Below, one piece after another: positions 1 to 14,639 of a stretch of 64,000 nt of DNA. The stretch is from Basidiobolus meristosporus CBS 931.73 (lineage: Eukaryota; Fungi; Basidiobolomycota). Positions within the stretch are counted from its first letter, which is position 1; each line of letters opens with the position of its first letter. The translations under genes and the position numbers were made by a program. The stretch is from positions 1 to 64,000 of the forward strand of contig MCFE01000466.1 of the NCBI GenBank assembly GCA_002104905.1, read 5' to 3'. A model generated the notes under the pieces. The model was not told the DNA's origin and did no database searches. It saw nothing but the letters and a program-made list of their open reading frames with translations.

Positions 1-660
1 CAGAAAGAGTTGGAAAATACTGAGGACAAATGTGCACATGGAGACACCTATGCCTATGGCATTAAGAAGCTAAGCAGCCCCAATGCATGGGTAATCAGTT
101 TAGTAATGCAAAGTTGGGTTAGGTGCAACAAGCAACTAATTTTTATTAGGAAAACTCCACCAAGATATGCCAGATTTCTTGTGGTCACAAGCCAACTTCT
201 ACACCATTCAATACAGAATTCACACAAACAAAAGCCAGAGCGCACCTATATGGGGGACTAGAATCCAGCAGGGAGAAGGAATATATTGGCTAAATACCAA
301 GAAGTTCTTTGCCAATATTCAGGAGGTATTCATGGCAGAAGTAGCAACAACCAAGCATATGTTTGCAAGATGTATATGCTACCAGCAGTACAAGGTATGT
401 GGCAACTTTGCAAGTATCACACTAAAAAGCCGTAAAGTTGAGGTGATAGAAGTATGTCAATTGCGGTGGGTGTGCGCATTTGTATAGGTTAGTAAGCAGG
501 AGGCCGTAGTTTTTTTGATTTGAACTATATGTGGAATACACAAGGTAGTAGTGGGTAAGCAAATAAAGAAAGGTGATTCTACAGTGGAATGTATGAATTG
601 CACAAGGGGAGGTAGAAAAGAGAAATACCATTTGGTAAATTGGTATAGTAGCATTATTCA
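1..660 (+). mobile_element. CACTA/EnSpm-type DNA transposon remnant (C-terminal part of transposase region), decayed
   Basis: Peptide IYWLNTKKFFANIQEVFMAEVATTKHMFARCICYQQY (167-487) is a clear paralogue of the minus-strand peptide at 21517-21837, which directly follows a CACTA-like transposase core. Many stops. Confidence 0.5.
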
Positions 661-899
661 TAACCAGCGGCAGGCCATCATACTGCCGTAAAAAAAGCCA
701 TCAGCATCTTGCTGTGAGGCCGTCAAAATACTGTCAGGTTTCTTGCCATATAAGGCAATTGCAAGTCCTGGCCAACTGGATCCACTTAAAATAGTAATAG
801 AGCGCTGAAAGACCGCAACAATAACATGCAAATATCGTCACAGCACCAATCAAAAATTGTCAAGTTTTATCCCTTTATTTGGCTGAATAATTCATCAAA

Positions 900-3800
900 C
901 AACACATCCCTGGAATAAATTTGCTTCTTGGTCTTGGTATTGTAGAGTCTATATGCTTTATTCACATTGCAGTAGCCCAAAAATATGTATTTTAAACTTT
1001 TTGGCTCAAGTTTTGACTGATTTGTGGGCAGTTTGTTGGCATATGATTGGCACCCAACTATTTTTAGATGTTCTGCACTTGATCTGTATCCATACCATGC
1101 TTCAATGGAGTAGAATCACAAAGTATTCTGTTATAATTCTTACTCTTTAGGTATACAGCTTTGGCAACTGATTCCGCCCAAAATCATAGGATAATTTTTG
1201 ATTATGTATCATAGATCTTGCCATGTCAATTATTGATCTGTTTGCATGTTCTCCTACTCCATTTTGCTGGGGAGTATGATACAGTAGTCTCTTGCTTTAT
1301 CCCATAAATTTTGCGGAAGTGAATGAAGAGTTTTGAGGTATATTCTCCACCATTGTCAGTGTATATTTCTTGAATATTTCACCATTTTCTCTGTCAAACA
1401 TGGCTTTAAACTCCCTGAACTTAGACAGAGCTTTTTCCTTTCTCTCCAAGAAGTAGACCTATGTCTATCATGTAGAATCATTAATAAAAGAGATCAAATA
1501 CTTCATCCCACCTAATAATAAATTCTGCATAGGTCCCCATAGATCTGAGTGAGTTAGGTCTAATCTTTTCTTAGCTTTGCTCAACCCAGAGCTCTTGAGC
1601 AGTTGTATGGCTTGTTTCTCATATATGCAGGCTTCACACTGCACCAAATTAGTGGGGGGACTAATTTTTACTCCAGATGTTAGTTGATCTTTGATTGTTT
1701 TGTGCAAATAATAAAAATTGATGTACCCAAATCTCCTGTGCCAAAGCATTGATGTTTCTTCCTTCAAGCTACTTATATTAGCTTCCAAATATGATGGAAT
1801 ATAAGTCAACTTGTTCAGATTCTGATCTCTGATACCCAAAGCAATATGGACACCATTTTGATCTGTAATCCTGCATCCAGAATTGTCAAAGCTGAAACTG
1901 AGTCCTTTTGCAGTGGCCTTGCTTATGGATAGTAGGTTCTTAGCTATTTCTGGTACATATAGTACTTCTTTAAAGGTTGGTGTATGGCTTCCTTCACTGC
2001 TTCTAAGGTTTACCTATATAGTTCCTTCTCCCACTGCATCAAGTGTTTTATTGTCACCCATGAAAACCTTCTTATTTGGATTTCTTGATATTGAATACAG
2101 AGTTCTTTTTAGTGTGCAAAGTGTTGAGATGCTCCATAGTCAATGTACCACATCTGAGAATCCTTTTTGTGGTCATATTTAGTGCAGATATAAGTAGTCT
2201 ATCCTTAGCTGGTGCAGCATTTCCATATTTAGGCTTCTTTTGCTGATTATCTCTCTTTTTGAGACACTTGTTGGATGTTTGTCCTTTCCTTTTGCAGTAG
2301 TTGCAAAACAGGTAGCCATTGACCTTGTAAGGTCTTGGGTATCTCCTCTGTTGATTATCATTGCTTATCAAAGCATTTCTACTTCTTTCTAATTGGCGCT
2401 TGATTTTCTTAATTCATCATCCTGTCCTGAATAGACACAGGTCTGGAGAGTAGAGCTAGGCAAGGCAGGACCAGGAAAAGACTTAGGTGTGGATCAACAA
2501 GGCAAGGTGTGATTCCAAAGCAAGGCAGATTTCTAAGGTGAGACTGTTTATTCAGGACCTGTGTTTCTCAGACTGAGGAATACATAAGGGGGGATAGGAC
2601 TGTATATACTTTTTGGCAATATGGATGCCAAGAGGTATTGGCTAACATGGATGGGGTTCTGGGGTGAGACACAGTAAGTGTGCCAAGATAGAAATATACT
2701 AAAGAAAAAACTAGATTATCACATGGGGATATGTCAGCAATTGGCAGATCATGTGACCAGGTGATATGACATGTAATCACCATGTAGAGTATAGGACTAC
2801 ATAAATTCCAATGGAAGCTTCCATAGACTGTTCCATTGTTTAACATTGATTTGGAGCTCTTAAGAAGTTGCTAAAATGTAGTAGAACTTTCCAGAAGTAA
2901 GTTGGATTTCTTTGCTGACTTGATTTGGGTTAATAATTGGAGGCCAGGGATGTCATGTGATCATGACACATCCATGAGCCTTTCATATACATAATTTAAG
3001 ATCAAATCTTCAGTTCTAGACTCCAGGGCTTTTACAAGGCCCTGAAACTTCTCTGTTAGGCTATTCAGGATATTAACAATCACATCCTCATAGTAGTGGT
3101 ATGCCCACAGATTCCATCTCATCTACTAGCAAGGTAATTCTGTTAATTAGATTTCTCTTTTCTTCTCCAGGCAGCATCTTTGTAGTAAAGAACTTTTGTC
3201 TCAGATACATTTTCTTAGCAGCTGAACATGACTAGCAGGTGTCTTCTAATGACTTCCAGGCATTCTTTGCCGTTTTGCTCTTGAGCAATGAATTAGCAAT
3301 TTGTCCTTAACATTAAGGCCACTGCACTTAAAGGCACTTGGCACTTTCTTTTGGTACTTTAAGGCTCCCTCTCACATATTTTCAGGAGGACATTCATCTT
3401 CCATGAAAATATCCTGAAGGCCTTGTTCTTGTGGCAGCATCTTCATTGTTGTCATCAACACTTGGTAGTTAGATCAATCCAACTTTTCAGCAGAGGGAGA
3501 AATTTTGGTAATAACAGTACTAGACATTGCAGAGAGTGACAGCTTGGGGCCCATAACCTGTTGTCAGAGTCTTGGAGATATTGGAAGTGATCTGGGAGGA
3601 CAGGTAGATTATGTGTTTTTCACTTGATCATTGATCAAATGTCAAAGTAGTATTTATACTTTTACAAGGTCTTGGCATAAAAAGCATATAGAGTATGCTA
3701 AGGATGGTCCCAAGAACGTGTGTGCAATGTTTGGGGCTGCTTGGACAACTTTGAGAATTTTCATGTTCAGGGTGCCTGATATATTGGTGAAAATATTCCA

Positions 3801-3907
3801 AGTAAATCCCAACAAGGAATTTGGTCAGTATTCTCTAGTATATGAAGGTAATGATCTAATTGTCTAAGTTAGGTGAATATTTAGGTGGACTACAAATTTT
3901 TACAACA
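900..3907 (-). mobile_element. Ty1/Copia LTR retrotransposon, 5' part (5' LTR 3559-3907, PBS, gag, protease, integrase), decayed
   Basis: LTR with TGTTGT...ACAACA ends; PBS GGTTATGGGCCC at 3547-3558 (minus); zinc knuckle CNYCKRKGQTSNKC; GAG-pre-integrase LWHRRFGY; integrase HSDLWGPM. Confidence 0.85.
2423..2968. mobile_element. Solo LTR, family C, inserted in Copia gag
   Basis: TGTCCTGA...TCATGACA ends with perfect 5-bp TSD CATCC (2418-2422, 2969-2973). The host gag sequence resumes on both sides. Homologous to 23378-23905. Confidence 0.8.
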
Positions 3908-4049
3908 CCAAGTAAATGATTTTTTGGTGAAAATGTTTTAAGTAAATCTAAACAGGGAATTTGGTCAGTATTCTGCAGGATTTGAAGGAAATGATCTAAG
4001 CAAATAAGTTAGGCAAGTATTTGGGTGGATTCCAAGCTTTTAGATCACT

Positions 4050-5105
4050 CCCACGCAACTAAATGCTTATACTGTTGGACCCAATATTTACCCCAGATAC
4101 TCAACCTTCTCTCCAGCTAGCGGTTTAGTACATATGTCTACAATCATTTCATCTGTAGGACAGTAAACCAAGCTAACTAAGTTATTATCTATAGCTTCAT
4201 GTATGCATTTGTTACAAGTCTTGGTATAAGAGTTGTAGAGGAATAGGGAGTTTAGCTAGTATTGTATTCACTAAAACTTAAACTGATTTTTATTGAGGTT
4301 CCAACAGCTCCTTATATACATTTTGCCAGATCAATTGCTGACTAATTGTATTTCCTGATGTAGGTTGTGGCTGATGACTCATTTGGTGGCATCATCATCA
4401 CCCAATACAATCTTACTTAATATATCTATTTCTGTCTGATAAGGATCTGCTGATTCATTTGCTGACTAATGCTACTGAATTCATAGATAATACTGATATA
4501 CTGATAACCTAACAAATACTAATTGATTTGACTAAGAACTGATCTAACTTAAACATTCAAGCAGCAGATCATAACACACTGATGCCCAATATCTATGTGC
4601 TCAGTTCTAGCATGAAAAGTTGAATTCTTACCTAATTGTGTGCATCCATGACTATCTTGAAATGAAGTAATAGGGATTTTTTGACATAGGTTTAAGACTA
4701 TAGAAAGCTTTCTTAACCATACTGATTCTTTTGTGGCTTCACAGGCTAACATTTACTCTGGCTCTGAGGTAAAAAGTGATACGGTTGGTTGCTTTCATGA
4801 ATCCATTTATTTGCTCCTGGACAGTAAAGAAAGGTGTATTCTGTGATGTATGTCCTGTCTCAGAACTTTGGTCCCCAATCAGCATCAGAGTATCCCACCA
4901 AGTACTGTTCTGAATTCTCATAAGTGTATTTTAAGCAGATATCAGTGGCTCCATTTAGGTTTCTAAAAGTCTGCTTAACTGCTGCAATATGATCCCCCTG
5001 TGAAATAATAAGTACTGTAACTAAGAGATATTGATCCCATTGGGACACCATGCAAAAACCGTCAGAAAGTATTTGCACCCCAAATTTGACAAAATACTTG
5101 GTCAC
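4050..5105 (-). mobile_element. Copia RT/RNase H remnant
   Basis: Peptides LVGYSDADWG, ACEATKESVWLRKL and FHARTEHIDI are typical of Copia RT/RNase H. Interrupted by an LTR at 4210-4576. Confidence 0.75.
4210..4576. mobile_element. Solo LTR, family B
   Basis: TGTTACAAG...GATCATAACA; near-identical to 10129-10495 and 10721-11089; degenerate 4-bp TSD CATT/CACT. Confidence 0.75.
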
Positions 5106-5470
5106 AATTTTTTATCACAACAATACATAAGTTGCTTTTGATTAGTTTACTATCAGTCCTCTTACTCTCTGATCCTACACACTATATCATATCCTACATT
5201 TGTGTGCATTGTTTGGCTATTCCCTCTGTTCTACACTCCTTACTTCCTGACTCAGCTGTTTCTCTTACTTTTCATGCATACAAATTGAATTATTTCTGTT
5301 GAAACTTTGGTTGTGCCTCAATTGCTAACTGTATTGACCTATACAAGTCCCTATACCCTACACTAACATTAAGCCCAACCCCAAACTCAACAAGCAACTT
5401 CATTAAATCCATTACTCAATAAGTATTTCTGCTCTGGCACTCTGTTTTCATGACTTTAGCAGGAACCCTA

Positions 5471-8400
5471 TGTTATAAAAATTTGTAATTCCACCTAAAT
5501 ATTCACCTAACTTAGTCACTTGGATCATTACCTTCAAATCCTAGAGAACACTGACCAAATTCCTTGTTGGGATTTACTTAGAATATTTTCACCAAAATAC
5601 CAGGTACCCACAACATGAAAATTCTTGAAGTTGTCCAAACAGCCCCAAACTTTGCACACATGGTCTTGGGACCTTCCTTCACCTATTATATGTGTATGTT
5701 ATGACAAGACCATGTAAAAGTATAAATACAACTTTTACATTCAATAAATCATTAAGCAAAAACCACATCATCTACTTGTCCTCCCAATCACTTCCAATAT
5801 TGCCAAGACTCTTGCAACAGGTTATAGGCCCCAAGCTGTCACTCTCTGCAATGTCTACTACTGCTTATACTGGAATTTTTCCCTCTGGTGAAATGTTGGA
5901 TGGATCTAGCAACCAAGTGTGGAAGTTGAAGACAAAGATAATGCTACAAGAAAGAGACCTTTGAGATATTGTCAAGGGAGTAGAATGCCCCCCTAAAAAC
6001 ATAAGAGAAGAAGCCTTACAGTACCAGAAGAAAGAACAAAGTGCCTTTAACTGCAGTTGCCTTAACATTAAAGGCAAATTGCTTATTCAATGCTTCAGAG
6101 CAAAAACAGCAAAGAATGCCTGGAAGGCATTAGAAGACACCTGCCAGTCATGTTGAGCTGCTAAGAAAATGTATCTGAGACAAAACTCTTTATTACAAAG
6201 ATGCAGCCATTAGAAGAAATGAGAAATCTAATTAACTGAATTACCCTGCTGGTTGATGAAATGGAATCTGTGGGCCTACCAAATACTGACAAAGATGTCA
6301 TGTTTATCATCCTGAATAGCCAGACAGACAAGTTCCAGAGCCTTGTATCAGCCCTACAGTCCAGAACTGAAGATTCAACCTTAAATTGCATATATGGAAG
6401 GCTCCTGGATGAAGAGTTAAGGAAATGAAGCGCCAATAAGATAGATGAAGAAGATGCTTTAAAAAGCAATGATAACCAACTTTGGAGGTACCCAAGACCC
6501 TACAAAGGCAACAGCAACCTGATTTTCAACTACTGCAAAAGGAAATGACACACATCAGACCAGTTTCTCAAAAAGAGAGATAATCAGCAAAAGAAGCCTG
6601 AATATGGAAATGCTACACCAGCTGAGGATAGACTATTCATATCTGCACTAAATATGACCACAAACAAGGATTCTCAGATGTTGGACATTGACTCTGGAGC
6701 ATCTCAACACCTTGCACACCAAAAAGAACTCCATGCTCAATATCAAGAAATTCCAATTGAGAAGGTTTTCATGGGTGACAATAGTACACTTGATGCAGTA
6801 GGAGAAGGAGCTATCCAAGTAAGCCTTAGAAGCAGTGAAGGAAGCCATACACCAACCTTTCAAGAAGTGCTCTATGTACCACAAATAGCCAAGAACCTAC
6901 TATCTGTAAGCAAGGCCACTGCAAAAGGACTCAGTTTCAGTGTTGGCAATTCTGGATGCAAGATCACAGATCAAAATGGTGTTCATATTGCTTTGGGTAT
7001 CAGAGATGAGAATCTGAACAAGTTGACTTATATTCCATCATATTTTGAAGCTAATATAAGTAACTTGAAGGAAGAAACATCAATGCTTTGGCACAGGAGA
7101 TTTGGGCACATCAATTTTGATTATTTGCGCAAAATGATCAAAGATCAGCTAATTTCTGGAATAATAATTGATCCCCCAGATAGTTTGGAGCACTGTGAAG
7201 CCTGCATACATTGGAAATAAGCCAGATAACTCTTCAAGAGCTCTGGGATAATCAAAACTCAGAAAAAAATTAGTTCTAATTCATTCAGATATGTGTGGAC
7301 TTATGCCAATTTATCCTTAGGTGAATGAAGTATTTGATCTTTTTTATTGATGATTATACAAGATACACGTGGATATACTTCATGGAGAGAAAGAAAGAAG
7401 CTCTGTCTAAGCTCAGGGAGCTTAAAGCCATGTTGGAGAGAGAAACTGGTAAAAATCAAGAAAGCATGCTCTCACAGTGGTGGAGAATATACCTCAAAAC
7501 CATTCATCAAATTCTGCAAAATTCATGGGATAAAGCAAGAGACTACTGTACCATACTCCCCACAGCAAAATGAAGTAGTAGAACATGCAAACAGATCAAT
7601 AATTGACATGGCAAGATCTATAATCCATGATCAAAAAATACCCTACAATTTTTGGGCAGAATTAGTTGCCACAGCTGTATACCTTAAAAATTGGAGTTAT
7701 AACCAGATATTTTGTGATTCTAGTCCATTTGAAGCATAATATGGTTACAGACCATGTGCAGAACATCTAAAAATACTTGGGTGTATAGTAGATGCAAACA
7801 AACTGCCCAGAAATCAGTCAAACTTGAGCCAAATTATAAAATGCATATTTTTGGAGTACTGCAATAAGAGTAGAGCATACCTACTCTACAATACCATCAA
7901 AAAGAAGCTAATCAAGGCCAGGGGTTTGTTGTTTGATAAAAATTCATAATTTTCACAAAATATGACATCAGATAATGACAAAAATCCAATCTCAGGTCAA
8001 CAAATTATCAGGATAGAATCAGGGCAAAACAATGAAAATTTTTTCACTACAGAGAACTCTACAACCATGGTTCAGCCTGAAGCAGTGCCCAGCAATATTT
8101 TAGAAGAGATTATTCCAGTATCAAATGCCTGGAGATCCAGCCAGAGAAGAAATGGGCCAGATTACTATATCAATGAGGGTACAAATTTAGTCTTTGTCTA
8201 ATCAGTCCATATTGATGAACCCCACTGTAGAAGAGGCCCTAAGTAGCCCTCAGACAAAGTTTTGGAGACTTGCAATGACTGAGGAATATCAGGCCCTGAT
8301 AGAAATTAAACTTAGAAATTAGTCAAATTACTAGTCAACCAAAAATCAATTGGATGCGGATGGATCTTCAAGACAATATACCAGGTTGATGGTACAATTG

Positions 8401-10513
8401 AAAGATACAAAGCAAGACTTGTGGCCAAAGGATACTCTCAAACAAAAGGACTTGACTATACTGAGAGCTTTGTACCAGTAGCCAAGTTTAATTCCATCAG
8501 ATTAATATTGGCTATTGCAGCCAAATATAAGTTTTTTGATCATCAAATGGATGTAAAAGCTGTGTTTTTGAAGGGAGAACTTGATGAGACTGTGTATATG
8601 AATCAGCCTGATGGGTTTGCTGACCAAGATAACTCCCATTTAGTCTGCAAGACTAAAAAGTCACTATATGGTCTCAAACAATCACCAAGAGCCTGGAATT
8701 GCAAGACAAATTCTTATTTGGAATCTTTGAGTTTCAAAAGGGGTAATGCTGACTATAGTATATACTAGATGCCAGATAGAGTAAATCCAGCTCTACTAGC
8801 TCTATATGTGGATGATTGTATTATAGCTGACAATAGCCTAGAAACATTGGAAGAGACTAAATTCAGCCTATCTAAGGAGTCAAGATGTCCAATCAAGGAG
8901 AACTCAGTAACTACTTAAGGCTAAAGTTCTCCATAGACAGAAGTACTCAGACTACTACCCTAAGCTAATCCAAGTATACTCAAGATAGACTACAGAGGTA
9001 CAGAAGGAAGACTGTCAACCGGCAGCTACCCCAAGGGATACAAACCTTGATTTAGTCAAAACCCAACAAATCAAGAGAGCTTGGTGCCATCTGAAAGCCC
9101 TGACTTTTCTTATCAATCTATGGCTGGCATTCTTATGTATATTATTAGTAGAACATGTCCAGATATCTCATATTCAGTGGAAGTTGTCAGCCAACATTAT
9201 CTGAAATATGGAACTAATCATATTGCATTGTTGATTGGATTTTTTTTAGATACCTAAGAGGAACTACTGATATCTGCTTAAGATACACTTATAAGGACTG
9301 ACAATGGATCTTGTAGGATACTCTGATGCTGTTTGGGGATAAAATTTCAAAGACAGATGATCCACCACAAGATACACCTTTCTTGACTGCAAAGGAGCAA
9401 TTTCATGGATTTCAAGAAAGCAACCAACTGCAGCACTTTCTATCACAGAGGCAGATTATATGGCAGCCTGTGAACCTAGAAAAGAAGTAATGTGGTTAAG
9501 AAAGCTTCTTACAGATTTAGGTCTATGTCAAAAAATGCCTATTACTTTATTTCAAGATAATCAAGGATGTATACAGTTAGGTAGAGATTCAACTATTTAT
9601 GCTAGAACTAAGCACATAGATATTTGACATCATTTCATATGTGAAGCTGTACAGAGCAACTTAGTTAGCTTAGCTTACTGTCCTTCAGATGAAATGGTTG
9701 CAGACACATTTATCAAACCATTGGCTAGAGACAAATTTGAATATCCTAGGTCAAAATTAGGACTAGTCAGTATGAACATGAAGCTGAGTGGGAGTGTTGT
9801 ACAAATCTGTAATACCACCTAGATATTCACCTACCTTAGTCACTTAGATCAGTATCTTCATATACTAGAGAATACTGACCAAATTCCTTGTTGGGATTTA
9901 CTTAGAATTTTTTCACCAAAGTACCAGGTACCTAGAAGATCAATTTCTCAAAGTTGTCTAAACAGCCCCAAGCTTTGCACACATGCTCATGGGACCTTCC
10001 TTAACCTATGCTATGTGTATGTTATGGCAAGACCATGTTAAAGTATAAACACTACTTTTACATTCAATATATTATTAAGTGAAAACCACATGATATACTT
10101 GTCCTCCCAATCACTTCCAATATCACCAGTCACAAGTCTTGATACAAGAGTTGTAGAGGAATACGGAGTTTAGCTAGTATTGTATTCACTAAAACCTTAA
10201 CTGATATTTTTTGAGATTCCAACAGCTCCTTATATACACTTTGCCAGATCAATTGCTGACTAGTTTTATTTCCTAATGTAGGCTGCGGCTGATGACCCAA
10301 TTGATTGCATCATCATCACCCAATAAGATCCTACCCAATATATCTATTTCTGTCTGATAAGGATCTGCTGATTCATTTGCTGACTAATGCTACTGATTGA
10401 TAGATAATACTGATACACTGATACTCTAAACATATAACTAATTGATTTGACTGAAAACTGATCTAACTTAAACATTCAAGTAGCAGATCATAACATCTAA
10501 GACTCTTACAACA
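5471..10513 (+). mobile_element. Full-length but non-functional Ty1/Copia element (family A)
   Basis: 5' LTR 5471-5819; PBS GGTTATAGGCCC 5820-5831; gag ATG 5851; protease DIDSGASQH; integrase 7347-7739; RT FVPVAKFNSIR and QMDVKAVFLKGEL; RNase H; PPT GAGTGGGAG; 3' LTR 9795-10513 (interrupted); TSD CCCTA/GCCTA. PR-INT-RT-RH order is Copia. Many stops and frameshifts. Confidence 0.92.
10129..10495. mobile_element. Solo LTR, family B, nested in the 3' LTR of the Copia element
   Basis: Family-A LTR breaks at 10128 and resumes at 10496 (TCTAAGACTCTTACAACA). The intervening sequence matches family B. Confidence 0.75.
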
Positions 10514-10720
10514 GCCTAGAGCTTTTTGCCACTGTTTATGCACTGGTTCCCATATGTCCTGGTCTTCAGCTGGCACTGCAGGGTCTACCACCTCATCTAC
10601 CTGTCTTTGCAATAAATCCTTGCTATATTCTATTGCTTTTTCTTGAGCACCACTCTGCAAGAAGTGCTACAACCTAGGTGTGCCTATTAATATTCAAAAA
10701 CTCCATTGAAAGCATTGTGA

Positions 10721-11089
10721 TGTTACAAGTCTTGGTATAAGAGTTGTAGAGGAATAGGGAGTTTAGCTAGTATTGTATTCACTAAAACTTGAACTGATTT
10801 TTATTGAGGTTCCAGCAGCTCCTTATGTACATTTTGCAAGATCAATTGCTGAAAAATTGTATTTCCTAATGTAGGTTGTGGCTGATGACTCATTTGATTG
10901 CATCATCATCACCCAATAAGATCCTACTTAATATATCTATTTCTGTCTGATAAGGATCTGCTAATTCATTTGCTGACTAATGCTACTGATTTCAAAGATA
11001 ATACTGATATACTGATAACCTAAACATATACTAATTGATTTGACTAAAAAACTGATCTAACTTAAACATTCAAGCGGCAGATCATAACA
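10721..11089. mobile_element. Solo LTR, family B
   Basis: TGTTACAAG...ATCATAACA with perfect 4-bp TSD GTGA (10717-10720, 11090-11093). Confidence 0.85.
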
Positions 11090-14000
11090 GTGATAACCTT
11101 TGAGCTCTTGATGCTGTTACCTTGTCTGTCAGTGGAATCTCCACTCTGTTAGCAATGAAGGACATGGAGGCTGTGGTTGACAAGTTGCCTTTTTCTGAAG
11201 ACTCATCTACCTCACTGGAGTGTAGCTCAGATGGCTGAGCTTCCAATTTTTGTAAAAGTGGCTGCTCTCTGGTTGGCAAATCTTCTTGTCTATGATGGGA
11301 ATCAGTCTGTTCTGGGCTTATGGCATTAATTTGCAAGAACTGCAGGTTTTCCTTATGCTTCTCTGTCTCTGAACCTAGGTAGACTTTTTCTCTTTAACTT
11401 TTTCTTTTTCACTGCTAGGTTTTTCACTACTACTTTGTTGGAGGGCCTTATGCATTGAACTACATTCACTTGTTGCAAGATGCTGCACTGAAGAATCCAT
11501 TTTGACTGTCTTCTCCCATGCTAGCACTCTACAGGTAGCCTGACACTGCTTTCCGTGCATGTTTTAGGCTCTCAGCCCAAGTTACAGCAGGCTCCTGAAA
11601 TAGCTGCTGGTTTTTATCACTGCAAGGTCCTTCACTGCTACTTTGCCTGAGTGCTTCTTAAGTGGAACTACACTTTCTCCTTGATAAAGGTTGTGCTGGT
11701 GCATCTGTGTCTGCCTGCTTGTCCCCTATTGGTACTACTCCAATTACCTGATGTCTCTTTGACATTTCTGTGGAGATTATAGCCTTGTTTATAATGTGCT
11801 CTTGAAGAAGCCACTTAATTTTAGCCATTGCACCCTTGCTCTCCTGCCTTTGATGGTTTCTGCTATTCATGAGATATTTTTTTAGCATACCAATGCTGGC
11901 CCAAATCTCTTTGCTTGTTTGAATCCAGGATAATGCTCATGGAACAAGTCAAGCACATTCTGCTTTGTCTTGAGTCCCTGGCAGTCCCATGGTATGCCAG
12001 TGTAGTAAGGTTATTGTGACACCCACTGACAGATACGCCTATTCCCATATCTTCTTACTTCCCTATTCATCTAATACCCTTATTTTGATTTTATCCCCTA
12101 TGTCTTAGCTGATCAGTACAATTCCATAAGCCAGTTGACTATGATACCTGCTAGTTTATTGTATAAGTTATCCCTCACTTTATGTGATATTACTTGTTGT
12201 AAGGTCTTCTATATTAGGCAAGTACCTTCACCAGGACCTGTGAAACAAGATCAAGTTGTGCCACCATCCCTACCATTTTTATAACATATATGGTATCCCT
12301 ATGTTACTCAGGTCTCAGAATACTAATCCCTGATTAGTTGGATGTGCTGTTTCTCATCAAACTCTGTGGCATCTACTTGAAACATTCTTAGCTCATCTGA
12401 TGTAATTTGAGTTCAATTGATCTCTGGAACCTTCTGGAGCACCATGATTAGTAATCACTTGGCCAGTGAGAAAATGAATAGGGGAGGAAATCCCTCAACA
12501 ATATATCATTATGACTTTTATCAATATACCAACTTGTTAATTAGTGTGATCACTGCAACCAGCTGTTATCTGAGCTTCCAATCCCAAACCACAGGTCACT
12601 TCCAGGAATTCAAGTTCTGTGTTAATCAGACTGAGGAATACAAAAGAGGGGAATAGAACTATATTTACATTCAGCAAAATGGATGCTGAGAGATAATGAC
12701 CAATACTGATGGGGTTTTGGGGTGAGGCACAGTAAGTGTGCCAAGATAGAAATATACCAAACTACAGACTATAACATTACACAGGGATTTGCCATGAGTC
12801 AGTTGATCATGCAACTAGGTCATGTAACATGCTATTTCCATATATGATAATGAGTTACATAAATTCCAGAGAGAAGCTTTCTAATGAATTTTCTAGAAGG
12901 AACTAGGATCTCTTCACCAACTTGATTTGGTCAGATCACAAGAGCTCAAGGATGTCATATGATCATGACAACACCAGTCTTAAGGTGTTGGCATACTCAA
13001 CTTCTAATGGTCTCTTGAACATCAGCTTGCTCTTCATCATTGCACGCAATAACTTCACAGAACTTCAACATCTGTTGACTTATAGGCTTTGGTATAACAC
13101 TGCAGCTTCACCCTTCCATGCTGTGATAGCTTTTCCTGTGGGTGTTATCTCTGGACAATGTGGTTATGCTTCAAAGACTGTACAGTGTTCCTCTGCTGTT
13201 GGTTTGGGAAATGGCTCAGTTCTTGGCTGACACATTGATCAACTTGATTCCCACTATGCAGCAAGGATACCGCTTTCTCTACCTGGAGTTTTGATTGCTC
13301 TACATATGTTATCAGCTCATCCTGTTTCTGGACTATTCCCAAAGTTTTCTGGGTCATTGCATTGATCCTATTTGTCACTGCACCTAATTGCCTTATTGAT
13401 GCTTTGGTATGAGCTGACCACATACTTACTATTATGGGTGGTGGTGATTCATGATGGTCACTTGCTGGTTGTCAACTGAAGGTACTGCTTTTTCAACATT
13501 CTTCTCTGCCTGAGCACTATGGTCAGCTTGCAAGTCTGCAGATATTCTCAATTGCCTACTTGACTGAGAGCCCAAGGAGTTTACAGAACTTCCAGAGGGC
13601 AATAGAAATCTTGATGGCATCAGAATAACCTAAGAATGCTCTAAGTATGTGCCAGAAGGTTCCAAAATGTACAATACATCCAGCCAATCCAAAATCAGTA
13701 TTCTGAGAGCTGTGTAACATAGGGATACCATAAATGGTTCCAAAATGGTAGGGATAGCAACACAGATTGGGCATGTGTCTTGGGGACTGGTGCATGCACT
13801 TGCCTAATGAAAAGCACATGCTTCTAGTAATTGTACATGAGGTAGGTGATAACTTATGCAATTAGGTAATCAGGTGTGATAGTCAGCAGGTTTGTGGAAT
13901 AGTACTCATCAAACAAGTCAAATGGGATAAAACTCAAATATGGGTAGAAACAATTAGGGTAGTAGAAAATATGTGAATGAGCACATCTGTTGGTGGGTGT
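11090..14000. repeat. Unclassified degenerate interspersed repeats, including a partial family-C LTR ending at 12970
   Basis: 13145-13620 (minus) is paralogous to 24200-24720 (plus) (HTKASIRQLGAV vs HTKALIRKLGAV). 12030-12420 is an inverted paralogue of 13600-13990. No recognisable domain. Confidence 0.4.
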
Positions 14001-14639
14001 TGCTGTGACCCCCACTACAACATGGTGCCACAGCTCTATTTATTATGCTAACTATGGCACGCCATAACTGCATCTTATATTCATGTGGGTGCAATATCTC
14101 AAATACAGGACTATCTTAAACTGACATGAGTATTCACAGGAAAACTGATATAAGAGAGTTACATTGTTGAGTGTCAAATTGACTGCCCCATGGACAAGAC
14201 TACTTTTATTTGATGCCATAGGAGAAGAGAAAAAGACCATGTGGCTATTGTAGCAAGCCTCTCGGCCATTCAGCATATGGCTGCACAGAAAATATTACAA
14301 GGATCACAGCCAGTATTTTGCAATACAAGTCATATCTGACAGCTCATCAGCTAGTACTGTACTAACAATATCTTGCCAGCCAGTTAATACTCCTCTAATG
14401 GGACTTGGCCATATGCATTACCTTGCTCAAACTGAGCCAGGTGAGTTTGTGATGCCTTTAGGCTCATACCAGCCTTCTGAATATGGCGCACAGAGTGATA
14501 GCTCTGAAGAAGCAGGCTCACTGATGGATTGTGAGCCTATCTCCCCTAACAATAGTACCCTGCATGAGCCTGGCAAAATCCTAATATTTGATGAGAAAAC
14601 ACCTATGAAAAAGAATGCTCAGGACACTTTATGGAGTCA